64,000 nt of DNA, from the IMG/VR virus record IMGVR_UViG_3300042453_005404, positions 62,001-126,000 of that record. The stretch is one strand, 5' to 3'. The position numbers and the translations under genes were made by a program. Under the pieces are notes generated by a model. The model was not told the origin of the DNA, did no database searches, and saw only the letters and a program-made list of their open reading frames with translations. Shown here one piece after another: positions 10,202 to 21,649 of this stretch. Numbering within the stretch: the stretch's first letter is position 1; every line of letters starts with the position of its first letter.

Positions 10202-12067
10202 ATGCCGGTTGATTCCAGACGAACAATAAACCAACTCGTCAAGTCAAGAAAGTATCTTAACAAAGACTTTGATGCTTTTCGTAACGATCTTGAAGAATAT
10301 GCTCGAATATTTTTTCCAAATCGTTTGCAAGACTTTTCTGCCAATGGATTTGGTGGTTTGTTATTAGAGTTAGCGTCATATATTGGTGACGTTCAAAGCT
10401 TTTATCTCGATCATCAGTTTGGTGAAATAAATGCCGAAACAGCTGTTGAATCAAAAAATCTTGAAAAGCTTTTAAGAGAAGCCAATGTACAAATTGTTGG
10501 TGCGTCTCCAGCGGTTTTACCGGTAACTTTTTATTTTCGCATTCCTGTGAACTCTCAAGGAACATACAACACAACTGCTTTGCCTGTTGTAAAAGAAGGA
10601 ACCATAGTTAGCTCCAATCGTGGAGTGCAATTTCAACTTGTTGAAGACATTGATTTTACTGTTACAAAAAGCGATGGAACACCGGCAAAAAACATTAGCT
10701 ACGTCAGAGGTGAGGTTGACAACACCAACAATCCAGTTAACTGGATATTTTCAGCTACCGGAGATTGTTTAAGCAGTGTTACTTCTACAGAATCTTTTAC
10801 TGTTAACGGCTTTGAACCATTCAAACGTTACACTATTCAAAACCGAGATGTAACAGATATAATCTCGGTTGTTGATAGCGATGGTAACAATTATTATGAA
10901 GTTGATTATCTAACACAAGATACAGTGTTTAGATCGGTCAGAAATAGAAATCCTGTAACAGCTGTGGCTCCAAATGAACAATACGTTGAAGCAAACTTAG
11001 AAATTCTACCGGCACCATTTAGATTCTATAGAACAACCGAACTAGCTACAAGACTAACAACATTAACCTTTGGTGGAGGATCTGGTCAAACAATGGATAA
11101 TGATCTTGTACCTGATCCATCCGAAGCGGCTTTGCCTTTATATGGTCGTAAAAATTTCTCTAGATTTGCTATTGATCCAAACAACTTGCTTAGAACTTCG
11201 ACTCTTGGTGCTATAGCTCCAAACGTTACAATCACTGTTACATATCGTGCTGGTGGTGGTTTAAGTCACAACATTCCAAACCAAAGCATTACCGAAATAG
11301 CCACTTTGATTACTGACTTTCCCAATAGCCCAACAAACGCTATAGCGGCAGCAGTGAGAGCATCAGCAGATGCAAACAACAACGCTAGCGGGCGAGGTGG
11401 TGCAGATGCTCCAACTCTTGACGAGCTTCGTTTGCAAATACCTTCAGCAAGAGCATCACAAAGCCGCATTGTAAGCAAAGAAGATTTAATGGCAAGAATA
11501 TATTCATTACCAGCAAACTTTGGCAGAGTGTATCGTGCTTCAGTGCAAAACAATCCAGACAACCCCAACGCTGCATTGCTTTACATTCTTTGCAGAAACG
11601 ATCTAAATCAACTTATTCTTGCTCCAGATCTTCTTAAGAGAAATTTGCAAGTGTATCTAAATCAATATCGTATGATATCAGATGCTATTGATATTCTGGA
11701 TGGCAGAATTGTTAACTTGCAAATCAACTATGACATAACTGTTGATCCTACATTCAATCGTCAACAAGTGCTGCAAAACGTGCAAGGAAAACTAGTACAG
11801 TACTTTAATGTTGGCAACTTTCAAATGGATCAACCTTTGATTCTTGATGACGTAAGAAACATCATATACAACAACGTTGGTGTGCTAGCAGTTAGAGGTA
11901 TCACCGCAACCAATATCACAGGAACAGTTGGTGACAGAACATACAGCAACGTTCGTTATGACATAACAACAAATTTAATCAATAACTCTATCATGATACC
12001 TCCACCGGGAGGTATGTTCGAAATAAAGTATACTAACTTCGATCTTGTAGGTCGAACAGCTGCTTAG
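10202..12067 (+). CDS. Baseplate wedge protein (J/gp6-like)
   Basis: YLNKDFDAFRNDL, LLELASYIGDV.SFYLD, GGAD..TLDELR, RIVSKED. Confidence 0.85.
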   Translation: MPVDSRRTINQLVKSRKYLNKDFDAFRNDLEEYARIFFPNRLQDFSANGFGGLLLELASYIGDVQSFYLDHQFGEINAETAVESKNLEKLLREANVQIVGASPAVLPVTFYFRIPVNSQGTYNTTALPVVKEGTIVSSNRGVQFQLVEDIDFTVTKSDGTPAKNISYVRGEVDNTNNPVNWIFSATGDCLSSVTSTESFTVNGFEPFKRYTIQNRDVTDIISVVDSDGNNYYEVDYLTQDTVFRSVRNRNPVTAVAPNEQYVEANLEILPAPFRFYRTTELATRLTTLTFGGGSGQTMDNDLVPDPSEAALPLYGRKNFSRFAIDPNNLLRTSTLGAIAPNVTITVTYRAGGGLSHNIPNQSITEIATLITDFPNSPTNAIAAAVRASADANNNASGRGGADAPTLDELRLQIPSARASQSRIVSKEDLMARIYSLPANFGRVYRASVQNNPDNPNAALLYILCRNDLNQLILAPDLLKRNLQVYLNQYRMISDAIDILDGRIVNLQINYDITVDPTFNRQQVLQNVQGKLVQYFNVGNFQMDQPLILDDVRNIIYNNVGVLAVRGITATNITGTVGDRTYSNVRYDITTNLINNSIMIPPPGGMFEIKYTNFDLVGRTAA

Positions 12068-12075
12068 GAGACACC

Positions 12076-13671
12076 ATGTATCGCATTCTTAAAGCTGATA
12101 AGGACGGATACGTCACCAACAAACTGATTTTTAGCAGCAAAACTGCTATGTCACGCAGCACTGATGCCAACGTAGGTCAAGCTGGTACCATCGATTTGTT
12201 CAAGTTATATGATGTAACTCCTGTTGCGTCGGGCACTTCTGGTATCGAAATATCTCGTGGCGTTATTCACTTTGATTTAAACACTCTTAAAGCTTTAACA
12301 AGTTCTTTGTTGGACGTAACCGATTCAAGCTTTAAAGCTTATTTGTCGATGAAAAACGTTTACGGAGGTCAAACAGTTCCTTCAAACTTTGTGCTTGCTG
12401 TTAATCCTCTTGGAAAAGATTTTACTGAAGGCAGAGGCAACGATGTTATCGGTTACCGTGATTTGGATGCTGTAAATTGGTTCACAGCTTCTATTAACGG
12501 TGCAAACATAACAACATGGGCAAGTGGAGGAATAACATACGGCGGTGACACAGCAGATGTTAATGCTGATTATTACCTATCGGGGTCTGCTCTTCTTGGT
12601 TATGTTCCACTATCATTCTCTCAAAGCTTTGCCAGAGGAGATGAAGACCTTTTTATTGACGTTACAACAGCTGTTTCTGCCGCAATAACAGGAAAAATAC
12701 CTGATTATGGTTTTCGTATAGCTTATTCTGGTTCACAAGAAACAGATACAGTTACACGCTTTGTGAAACGTTTTTCTTCAAGACAATCAAGAAACACAAA
12801 CATACACCCAGCGTTGGTGATTAAGTACAACGATAGTTTTATTGACAACCAAGCACAAACGTTTTTTGATTACAACAACAAAATAGGTTTGTACTATTCT
12901 CCATTTGGAACACCAGCAAACTTTATGTCTGGCAGCACTGAAATAGCTGGTTCTGGTAGCGTCATGTTGGAACTTGTTGCTTCAAAGAGTGTTTATGTTA
13001 CTGCTGCAACATACAGTTTAAGCCATAGTGCTTCAATCAGTTACACATCAGCAAGTTGGAACTATTTTTCTCAAAGCTTTACAGGTTCGCAAATAAGTTT
13101 TGGTGGTTTGTATCAAACAGGAAGCTATTATGCTGATGTGTTTATTCCTTTGAATATAACAGGATTATCCGGGGTTCTTGATTCTGGCAACTCTACCACA
13201 TTTAAAACTGTTTGGAAGTCTGTGGATAATACTGTTATATTCGCTACAGGCCCATCTTTGACCTTCAAGCCGCTTCAAGGTAGCAAAAGCTTGGTACCAA
13301 CAAGAAACTACGGAATAAACATAACCAATCTACAAGATTCATATATCAACACTGACTCAACAAAGCTGCAAGTTTTTGTGTATGACTATGACACAACGCT
13401 TGAAAGCTTTTATTTGCCATACAATATAAAGCCAAAGATTTTTCCAACAATGTACTGGAGATTGATCGATCCTTTTTCCAAAGAAATATTGATTCCGTTT
13501 GATGATGTTGGAACAAAGTTGTCGGCTGACGGTGCCGGTATGTATTTTACTTTGTATATGCAAGATCTTCCAATCAACAAACCATTAGAAATACAGTTTT
13601 TGATCAAAGAAAATCGAGAAACATATTTGATTGAAAATCAAGGATTTAAGTTCAAGGTTGTAACAGCATGA
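12076..13671 (+). CDS. Virion structural protein
   Basis: Beta-rich, S/G/T-rich 531-aa ORF after the baseplate wedge; AGGAG RBS at ~12066. Confidence 0.55.
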   Translation: MYRILKADKDGYVTNKLIFSSKTAMSRSTDANVGQAGTIDLFKLYDVTPVASGTSGIEISRGVIHFDLNTLKALTSSLLDVTDSSFKAYLSMKNVYGGQTVPSNFVLAVNPLGKDFTEGRGNDVIGYRDLDAVNWFTASINGANITTWASGGITYGGDTADVNADYYLSGSALLGYVPLSFSQSFARGDEDLFIDVTTAVSAAITGKIPDYGFRIAYSGSQETDTVTRFVKRFSSRQSRNTNIHPALVIKYNDSFIDNQAQTFFDYNNKIGLYYSPFGTPANFMSGSTEIAGSGSVMLELVASKSVYVTAATYSLSHSASISYTSASWNYFSQSFTGSQISFGGLYQTGSYYADVFIPLNITGLSGVLDSGNSTTFKTVWKSVDNTVIFATGPSLTFKPLQGSKSLVPTRNYGINITNLQDSYINTDSTKLQVFVYDYDTTLESFYLPYNIKPKIFPTMYWRLIDPFSKEILIPFDDVGTKLSADGAGMYFTLYMQDLPINKPLEIQFLIKENRETYLIENQGFKFKVVTA

Positions 13672-16600
13672 CAACATTAATGTCTCCGATACAAAGATTG
13701 TTTCGTGTTCGACCGGGTGTATTTAGTCCATCGATTGTTCGTGGCATTACATCACCAGATGGAGGTTTATCTTCTTTCGAAACAGAAAACGGAGAATTTT
13801 TAACTCAAACATCTGTGGCAGAAACAGGTTCATTTAGATATGACCCAATAGGCTCTGGTATCAAAAGCACTCAACAGTTGAATGTTGATTGGAGTTTGTT
13901 CGAAAACCATGTATTTTTCAACAGTGCTCAAGTAAAAGTAAACAGTGCTTTCAACAAAATCTTTGACAGATACCCTTTTGATGGTACACGCAAAGAAACC
14001 GAGTTGTTTTTTGATCAAATGACTGGGTTCGAACGTTATGTTTATGACAACCTACCAAAAAACAAAGGTTATCTTTATTTTTCTGGAAGTAATGTTGGTG
14101 ATCCTGTTACAAAAGGTACGTGGGTAACAGTAAAAGACGCTGCGGGCACAACCTTTCCTTTTCTTACCAAAGATCCTAACGGTGCAAGTAGACTTGATCC
14201 TATCACAAGTTCAATATCTTTACAATTTCAAATATATGCAGCAACAGGGTCAAATGCCAATCAAGTTGTATTTCAAAAACTTCAAACTTTGAGTGCTACC
14301 GAGCAACATGGATTTGGTTGCTTTCTATCGAGTTCTACAGGGCCAACAGCCGATCTAACTTTCTTTGTAGCCTCTGGGTCAACAAATGTAATGTCGGCCT
14401 CTATAAGCCTTGTAAAAGGCAACTGGGCACCTGTTACGTTTATATGGGATAGAACAAGTGGTGTCAATCAATTGTTTGGTTACGTAAGCGGAACGTTGGT
14501 TGCAACAAGCAGTCAAACAACAATAAGAAACTTGAATTTTGCAACTGCTAGTATGTTTATTGGAACAGGCAGCAACATAACTGCACCCTTTTTTACTCCA
14601 CAAACAACCTTTTCTGGTGCTTTGGATGAACTACGTTACTACAAACGTATTGTTTCAACAAATGAAATGCTAGCATACCAAAGCAGCAGCGTGTACGCAG
14701 AATCAGACTTAGCTCTTTATTTTAAATTCAATGAAGCTTCTGGGTCAATAAGCAACCTTGTGTTGGATCATTCTGGCAAAGGTATGCATGGAACACTTAA
14801 CGGCTATGCACTCAATACTCTTAAAGTAAGAAACATTAACACTGGATCTTACATGGGTGCAAGTCCAATGATTTACGAAGACGTTAGAATGTGCCCGATA
14901 CTTTTCCCAGATCAACCAACTGTGGTCACATATCGTGAAAACCTTGTTGCTAATGGAGCTTCGTATGATAGCTATAACCCAAACATCATTACCAAGCTAG
15001 TACCAAAGCAATACTTTACATATGGTCAAGAACAAGCTGCTTTAGAAACTGAAGAAGGTGAACTCAATGAGTTGCAGTATGGTTCTGAGCCAAACACAGT
15101 AAACCTTGGCAGCACACAAACGCTGTTAAGCTTACTTTATATGTGGGCCAGCTTTTTTGACGAAATCAAACTGTTTCTTGATGCATTTTCAACGTTAAGA
15201 CATGTTGACTACCAACAATTTGATACGGTGCCTGATGCTTTCTTAAAACAACTTGCAGACTTTTACGGTTTAGATCTTCCACCATTGTTTATCGGTTCAG
15301 ATGTAAATCAATTCATCAACGGTAAAAATATAACACCAAACATCGTCAACAGTGAATATACTTTGCAATATCTGCAAAATCAAATATGGCGTAGAATATT
15401 GATCAATGCTAACGATATTCTTAAAAGCAAAGGTACCATTCATAGCATTAAATCGTTGCTTCGTGCGGTTGGTATTGATGGTGATAACATCTTTAGATTC
15501 AAAGAGTATGGCGGACCAACACAACGTACACTTGACTCTTTAAGAGAAAGTAGAAACGAAATCGGTACATCATTAAGCTTTAAAAATGGTGGTTATTTCA
15601 AATCTCCATATCTTTCTGGGAGCCGGGTAGAGCCGGGGTACCCACCCCCCCTTGGTTCATTTGTTGTTGATCCCGTTACAGGACATAACGCAAACACGAC
15701 AAATCCAAACGATGGTTTGTTTACAAGTGGATCATGGACATTCGAAGGCATATACAACTATAGTGGCGTTCCTTCTACGTCTTCTATTCAAAGTCTTGTA
15801 CGTATTATATCCTCTGGGTCAGCTAACACAGAAAACATACTAGCTAACTTGTATGCAATAAGCGGATCTGGTTTGACATTGTATGTGCAACCAAACTCTG
15901 CTGTTAACGCAACAGCACTCACAATGAGTATAACAACCCCAGACATTCTAGATGGGCAAGCTTGGAACATAAGCTTTGGTAGACAACGTGGAGACTCTAT
16001 TGGCCAAGTTTCATCTTCTTACTTTCTTCGCATAGGCAGAAATAACCTTGGAAACATTTCTGAAGAATATCTCACAAGTTCGTTGTATGACGATAACTTT
16101 GGCAGCAACTCTGCTAACAACTTGTGGCAAGTTCGTGATGCAACATACAACACTAGTGGTTCTTTTTTAGCTATTGGCAGTGGCAGCACAACCATTTCCA
16201 CAACTACAAAATTCGTTAACGAACATTTTTTGCAAACGTTTGATGGCAAGGTTTCTCAGCTTCGTTGGTGGAGCAAAGCTCTTACAGTAGATGAATGGAG
16301 AGAACACGTTAGAGATTACAAGTCTCTTGGTGTTGAAGATCCAAGAGTTAACTTCAACTTTGAAAACTTTAGAAGCGGTTCATTCGAAAAGCTTAGAGCT
16401 GATTGGTCAACAGATCAAATCGATTTAACAACAGATTCTACTGGTTTTATTCAAGTGTTTGATTTTTCACAACATTATCTTCATGCTAGCGGAACTGGAT
16501 TTGGTAACAATCAAACCGTTATCGTTCCCGAACGTTTTTATTACTCGTTTATCTCTCCAAACTTTGACGAAGCTGTTACCAATCAAAAGGTGCGTGTAAG

Positions 16601-17123
16601 AAGCTATCAAAGCTTGGACTTTGTTGAACAAGATGTTGGAGCGTATTCGCAGGCTGCGCCAGTATACGAGATTCAACAAGAACAAATTCCAGAAGACAAC
16701 GCTAAGTTCAGCATAGACTTTTCTATTGTTGATTCTCTTAACCAAGACATGATGGGTATGTTTTCTTCTTTAGATGTGTTCAACAACATACTAGGCGATC
16801 CTAATATGATGTTCTCGCAAGACTATCCAGACCTTGAAACACTTAGAGACATTTACTTCAACCGACTAACAGACAAACTAAACGTTCGTGGGTTCTTTGA
16901 TTTTTATCAATGGTTCAATACAAACATGGGCAAGTTTATCGAACAACTACTTCCCAGAAAAACAAAGTTTTTAGGCATCAACTACGTGATTCAATCTCAC
17001 ATGCTTGAACGTCCCAAGCTTGAATATCACTTCGAAGATCAGTACGTCGGGACTAACAACAGAAATCGTCAAAAAGAAGTGATTTTGTTGCAACTTTTAA
17101 CAGGCATACTCAACAAGTATTAA
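13668..17123 (+). CDS. Baseplate/tail protein (gp7/gpI-like) with LamG-like domains
   Basis: FSGALDELRYY...LALYFKFNE and FDGKVSQLRWW LamG-like motifs; ILKSKGT..SIKSLLRAVG. Confidence 0.65.
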   Translation: MTTLMSPIQRLFRVRPGVFSPSIVRGITSPDGGLSSFETENGEFLTQTSVAETGSFRYDPIGSGIKSTQQLNVDWSLFENHVFFNSAQVKVNSAFNKIFDRYPFDGTRKETELFFDQMTGFERYVYDNLPKNKGYLYFSGSNVGDPVTKGTWVTVKDAAGTTFPFLTKDPNGASRLDPITSSISLQFQIYAATGSNANQVVFQKLQTLSATEQHGFGCFLSSSTGPTADLTFFVASGSTNVMSASISLVKGNWAPVTFIWDRTSGVNQLFGYVSGTLVATSSQTTIRNLNFATASMFIGTGSNITAPFFTPQTTFSGALDELRYYKRIVSTNEMLAYQSSSVYAESDLALYFKFNEASGSISNLVLDHSGKGMHGTLNGYALNTLKVRNINTGSYMGASPMIYEDVRMCPILFPDQPTVVTYRENLVANGASYDSYNPNIITKLVPKQYFTYGQEQAALETEEGELNELQYGSEPNTVNLGSTQTLLSLLYMWASFFDEIKLFLDAFSTLRHVDYQQFDTVPDAFLKQLADFYGLDLPPLFIGSDVNQFINGKNITPNIVNSEYTLQYLQNQIWRRILINANDILKSKGTIHSIKSLLRAVGIDGDNIFRFKEYGGPTQRTLDSLRESRNEIGTSLSFKNGGYFKSPYLSGSRVEPGYPPPLGSFVVDPVTGHNANTTNPNDGLFTSGSWTFEGIYNYSGVPSTSSIQSLVRIISSGSANTENILANLYAISGSGLTLYVQPNSAVNATALTMSITTPDILDGQAWNISFGRQRGDSIGQVSSSYFLRIGRNNLGNISEEYLTSSLYDDNFGSNSANNLWQVRDATYNTSGSFLAIGSGSTTISTTTKFVNEHFLQTFDGKVSQLRWWSKALTVDEWREHVRDYKSLGVEDPRVNFNFENFRSGSFEKLRADWSTDQIDLTTDSTGFIQVFDFSQHYLHASGTGFGNNQTVIVPERFYYSFISPNFDEAVTNQKVRVRSYQSLDFVEQDVGAYSQAAPVYEIQQEQIPEDNAKFSIDFSIVDSLNQDMMGMFSSLDVFNNILGDPNMMFSQDYPDLETLRDIYFNRLTDKLNVRGFFDFYQWFNTNMGKFIEQLLPRKTKFLGINYVIQSHMLERPKLEYHFEDQYVGTNNRNRQKEVILLQLLTGILNKY

Positions 17124-17135
17124 AAGGAAACGTCG

Positions 17136-18170
17136 ATGGCATACTGGGTTATAGATCAATCTTACAAGCCGTTTGTTGACATAGAAAATTACTATGGCAG
17201 AACCAATCGTAATCTTGTTGTAACTGATGGAATGTCAACCAAAGCCATTGACATATATCGTGAAGGTGTGAACTTACGAACCGTACAAGATGTATACAGT
17301 TCCAATCAACCAAAAATTATCGTTCAAGACGGCACACAAGACAGTATAGCTCGCCCAAATGGTGAAATAATTCATGAATCATCATTTATCACTTACGGTC
17401 AAGCCGTAGATTTAACGCAATATACTTCGAATAAAATGTTCAATGATTCACATGTTGGTGTGGAAGGTACAACGTTGAATGGTAATGGTGTTCGTATCAG
17501 CAAAACCACAAACTACTTGATTGAATCTGGTCTTATCGTCGAAGGATACATTAACGCTGATGATGTGTATCCAATATACATGAATGGCGGGCCTCAGTTT
17601 TATGAAGAATCGATTATAGAACCTTTTCCTTTGCCGTTTCGTCTTGCAACCAACGAAAGTCCACAAGAACAAATACGTGGAGTATATGCCTTTTTAGAAG
17701 CTGGCAACATTGGTGAAGAACGTAGATTTGGCACAAATATCACAGAACAAATGATTTATAAAGATCAACCAGCAATGGTTAGATCGTTTTTGGAATATGG
17801 GGCGAGTTATTTGATTGTTACAAACTCGCTGGGAACTGTTATTGGTGTTGTTGATACAAGACCAAACGCTATTATGGATCAAACAGTGCAACCAAAACTT
17901 AAACCTTGGGTTGATCAAGCAAACGGTGAGTATTTTCCAGCACTAACAAATACAATCGATCTGCTTGGTGTTACTGTTACTTCTAGCATTGTTAATTTAA
18001 ATGGAGAAGTTGTTGGCTCAACAACTCAACCATTCTTTAGTGAGAACTATGATATATCAGATTCATATCTGCAAACAAGAGATCAAAAAAGTGCAACAGC
18101 TGGATTTACATATGGTAATGGATTGTATGGCACCGATAGTGTTGCCTTTGGTGGCATGTACAGGGGATAA
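17136..18170 (+). CDS. Hypothetical virion protein
   Basis: Operon context. Confidence 0.55.
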   Translation: MAYWVIDQSYKPFVDIENYYGRTNRNLVVTDGMSTKAIDIYREGVNLRTVQDVYSSNQPKIIVQDGTQDSIARPNGEIIHESSFITYGQAVDLTQYTSNKMFNDSHVGVEGTTLNGNGVRISKTTNYLIESGLIVEGYINADDVYPIYMNGGPQFYEESIIEPFPLPFRLATNESPQEQIRGVYAFLEAGNIGEERRFGTNITEQMIYKDQPAMVRSFLEYGASYLIVTNSLGTVIGVVDTRPNAIMDQTVQPKLKPWVDQANGEYFPALTNTIDLLGVTVTSSIVNLNGEVVGSTTQPFFSENYDISDSYLQTRDQKSATAGFTYGNGLYGTDSVAFGGMYRG

Positions 18171-18178
18171 CTAACATC

Positions 18179-20479
18179 ATGGCAAAAACACTTAAAGGTA
18201 CAAGAGCAAGAGGTCTTCCACCAAAACTTTTACTATCCCGCAAACAGGATGCAACAGGTAGCTTTCCTACTGTATGGAGAACAGCAAGCGATAATCGTAC
18301 AGGAAAATATCCTGTGTTCTTCAATGACAACAAGGTTGTTTCATTCAATCAACCAGTGACCGATGCCGGTTTTTTCGTTACAACATATCCAGAATATGAA
18401 GAAAAAGTTGTCGTTGTGGGAAGTCCCGGTAATCCGACAAATGAATCTGATCCTATAGTTTTTGACAATTCGTTTTCTGGGACTCCTATTGTTGTCATAA
18501 CAGAAATAACGAGCAATCCGAACACTCCAATGGTGAATGCATTTGTTTCTGTTATGTCAGCCACGGGTTCTATAATCGGGTTTTCCGCTCCATTTGAAGG
18601 TACTTTTGTATACCGAGCGATATACCAGCCTGCTTATGGCAACCCAGTAAACGTACTTCGCTCACCAAGATATACCGATCAATACTCTTTAGTTGTTGCA
18701 GAAAACAACATAATGAGCAGCAACACATCATATGTAACGTTTTCCGATTTTGGTTCTACACCAACAGAAAACTATGTAACGTTTTGGGATTATAATGGCC
18801 CTCCAAACAATACAGGAGCCAACCTATCTGGTAGCGTTAATAGTACATATATCACAAACACATCAGTTCAAGTTACGGCTAGTGCTCAAGGTGGTGGTTC
18901 TACTGTTTTGCATTATATGGGTGTTGGAACATCAACTGCTAGTATCGATGTAAAAGGTATTGTTTACCCTCTTGTGATGACACCACAAGCTATTAATGCA
19001 GGACTGTCAACAGAAGATATATCTGCTTTATATAAGCAACCGTATTTCTCTGGGTCAGAGATTGTTAATCAACCTATTGTTGCCTCTGGTAGCATGGTTA
19101 AAGGCGTATCTGACACTTTTGTTACTTTTACTCCCGGTCAAGATGTTGAGCCATTTATGGATATTGCAAATCCAGAAGGTGATGCCAAGTCTCTTCCTGT
19201 AACAAGTTCAACGTATCAATTTTATGCAACAGGAAGTGCTGTAACAACAACTGGTTTAGGTTTTCAACAGCCTCTTTGGAGCAAAAACAAGATCGAAATC
19301 GATATAACGCCAGCAGCGGAACAAACAATCACGATGTATCAAAGTGCCAGTGTTGGCAGTTATCCCATGTATTATTGGAATTTGAATACCAAACAATACG
19401 ATGGAGTTGGCACAGGAAAAGGTTTGAATAGCTATCCAAACACTCTTAATGGTTTAAAACAGTTTTTAGAAGAGCAAACGTTTGGATTTGCGCCAAGTAT
19501 GGACAACGCAGGTTCTCCTACCGGCTTCCCAGAAGGCCAGTATAACGTAAAAGGCCGACAAATCAGTAGCCTTGGTTTTCCATATCATTCAAAGTTTAAA
19601 CCAAACAACAACCAGCAAATACTCATGTCGAACTATTTGTCCGAGCCGTTTTTGTTGGAAAAAGTGGTGATCGAGTTTGCTGGCAAGCTGCTTCCTTCGG
19701 ATTATGGAAACACAGCGATTTGGACATTCTTTCTCTTAAACAACCGTCCTGCTTTGAGTGGGGCCAGATCCCCCGCTCAAACCGTAGTATACCAAACAAA
19801 CAATGTTTCAACGCCTCCTCCAACGTTTGTCACTAGTTCATTACTAACGTCTACAATACTCGATTTGGTAGATCATATGCAGATTTGTTTGTCTGCGAGC
19901 GGTGACGTTAAAGGTTACTTGCAACGAGAACTTTTGATAACAACCGACAAATTGGTTGGGCCTGAAAACAGTTCAAAACAGTTCGTTTTATCTTCCAGTG
20001 TTAAATCTAGTTTAGCGTATGAAGCTGGTATGTATACGATTTTTACGGGATCAGCTGATGGTGGTTTTATACCATCTCTTGATTTTTCTGGTCGCAATCA
20101 ACTTGACCAAACAAACGGCAGGGATTGGGTTTCCACGTTCGAAAATCCAGTTGTTGCAGGACAAGCCTCGCAATATATTGCAAGTTACAACTATGCATTT
20201 AACGTTAATGCCGCATACACGAAAATCAATCCGTATGTGTTGCTACCAACAGACAAGCTTGTTTTTGGTTTTCAACTACCTTGGTGGGAGGGTGCTGGGG
20301 GGACAACATGGAACGATGGGAAAACCGAGGTATTGTTTTCTCCTAGCTACGTTAATAAAATCATTCTTTACGGCTCTACCCTAAGACTCAATCCAGAAAC
20401 AAGTCAACTTGAAGAACATCACGACACGCTCAATCAACTTCTTTCTTCAAACAGTATTCATGAAGTGATCGGAGAATAG
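18179..20479 (+). CDS. Hypothetical virion/tail protein
   Basis: 766 aa, S/T/G-rich beta protein in the operon. Confidence 0.55.
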   Translation: MAKTLKGTRARGLPPKLLLSRKQDATGSFPTVWRTASDNRTGKYPVFFNDNKVVSFNQPVTDAGFFVTTYPEYEEKVVVVGSPGNPTNESDPIVFDNSFSGTPIVVITEITSNPNTPMVNAFVSVMSATGSIIGFSAPFEGTFVYRAIYQPAYGNPVNVLRSPRYTDQYSLVVAENNIMSSNTSYVTFSDFGSTPTENYVTFWDYNGPPNNTGANLSGSVNSTYITNTSVQVTASAQGGGSTVLHYMGVGTSTASIDVKGIVYPLVMTPQAINAGLSTEDISALYKQPYFSGSEIVNQPIVASGSMVKGVSDTFVTFTPGQDVEPFMDIANPEGDAKSLPVTSSTYQFYATGSAVTTTGLGFQQPLWSKNKIEIDITPAAEQTITMYQSASVGSYPMYYWNLNTKQYDGVGTGKGLNSYPNTLNGLKQFLEEQTFGFAPSMDNAGSPTGFPEGQYNVKGRQISSLGFPYHSKFKPNNNQQILMSNYLSEPFLLEKVVIEFAGKLLPSDYGNTAIWTFFLLNNRPALSGARSPAQTVVYQTNNVSTPPPTFVTSSLLTSTILDLVDHMQICLSASGDVKGYLQRELLITTDKLVGPENSSKQFVLSSSVKSSLAYEAGMYTIFTGSADGGFIPSLDFSGRNQLDQTNGRDWVSTFENPVVAGQASQYIASYNYAFNVNAAYTKINPYVLLPTDKLVFGFQLPWWEGAGGTTWNDGKTEVLFSPSYVNKIILYGSTLRLNPETSQLEEHHDTLNQLLSSNSIHEVIGE

Positions 20480-20487
20480 TTACTATC

Positions 20488-21648
20488 ATGCCAATCTACG
20501 ATGTAGAAAACAGATTCTCCTACTACAAAAACTACTCTGACAACATTCTTGTTGGCCCACCTAAACCAACAATGGGATCTTCTGTATGGCAACGTTCTGT
20601 TTCTGGAAGCGTTGTAAGTGGATCAGAAGAATATAAGGCAGCCACAACTTTAACCGAATATTATTTTGTAAAGAACAATCCATTTCTTCGTTCTGGCGAG
20701 GTTCGGTATTTAAGGCTCGTCAGTGCTGCTCAAACGTTAATAGACAGCATTGTTCCAAATATTTTCTCATTATATAAAACTGGATCATTTGGAACTGGCT
20801 CGTTCGTTTATTCAACGAAAGATTTTGCAGCAACTGACGTTTATCTTAAAATGTACTGGAGTTTGGACGGCTATCCAGTTACGGCAAGTTATAGTGACCC
20901 TAATATCGTAAACAACATAAACTTTTGCAAAGCAAGTCCTTTCGAAAAACAATACAGCGAAGTACCTCGATTTTACACCGAAAATTTGAACTTGATAGCA
21001 GATTTTAAAGAATTTGGAACGTATTTTGGTAGCAACACAGTTCCTTTCAAAGTTACAAAAAATAAGCTGATCATATGTTTGACTACTGGCAGCGCAGCGG
21101 GCGTTGGATTGATCAATAATATCGACGCAATAGGAATAGGTGGAGTAAGTACATTCACGGTAACAGACTATACTGGCAGTTTTGCCAACCCTGTACTTGC
21201 ACCAAAGTTAGTTTTTGGAATCAATCCAAGACCAATCTCAACAAATGATTCTGGAAATACGATCTCTGGTTACGTTGTTTCAAACATGACAGGGGCGTAT
21301 ATTGAAGGTTGGAAATACGGATTGTACAACGGCATCCCAGCCAACTTTTCTTGTGTGTTTCGTCAAAACCATTACGGTCAACCAAGAGATATGCTTGAAG
21401 GCAGAATCTACACCAAAACATATAACAATCCTGCTATTGGTGGACCATTAGATGAAGCAGGCGGTATCAATTTTATATCTGGGAGCGCATTGCGTGGTGA
21501 AAGTGATAACTGGCTCACCGCAAGCATATACGGCAGTACAAATGTTGCCGCTGCTTATACAGTTAATCCATATGGATCTGGTATATTCGACAAAGAATAT
21601 AGAGCATCTCAACCTTGGTTTGATAACGATCCAAGAGTAGGAACATAA
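20488..21648 (+). CDS. Hypothetical virion protein
   Basis: Operon context. Confidence 0.55.
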   Translation: MPIYDVENRFSYYKNYSDNILVGPPKPTMGSSVWQRSVSGSVVSGSEEYKAATTLTEYYFVKNNPFLRSGEVRYLRLVSAAQTLIDSIVPNIFSLYKTGSFGTGSFVYSTKDFAATDVYLKMYWSLDGYPVTASYSDPNIVNNINFCKASPFEKQYSEVPRFYTENLNLIADFKEFGTYFGSNTVPFKVTKNKLIICLTTGSAAGVGLINNIDAIGIGGVSTFTVTDYTGSFANPVLAPKLVFGINPRPISTNDSGNTISGYVVSNMTGAYIEGWKYGLYNGIPANFSCVFRQNHYGQPRDMLEGRIYTKTYNNPAIGGPLDEAGGINFISGSALRGESDNWLTASIYGSTNVAAAYTVNPYGSGIFDKEYRASQPWFDNDPRVGT

Positions 21649-21649
21649 C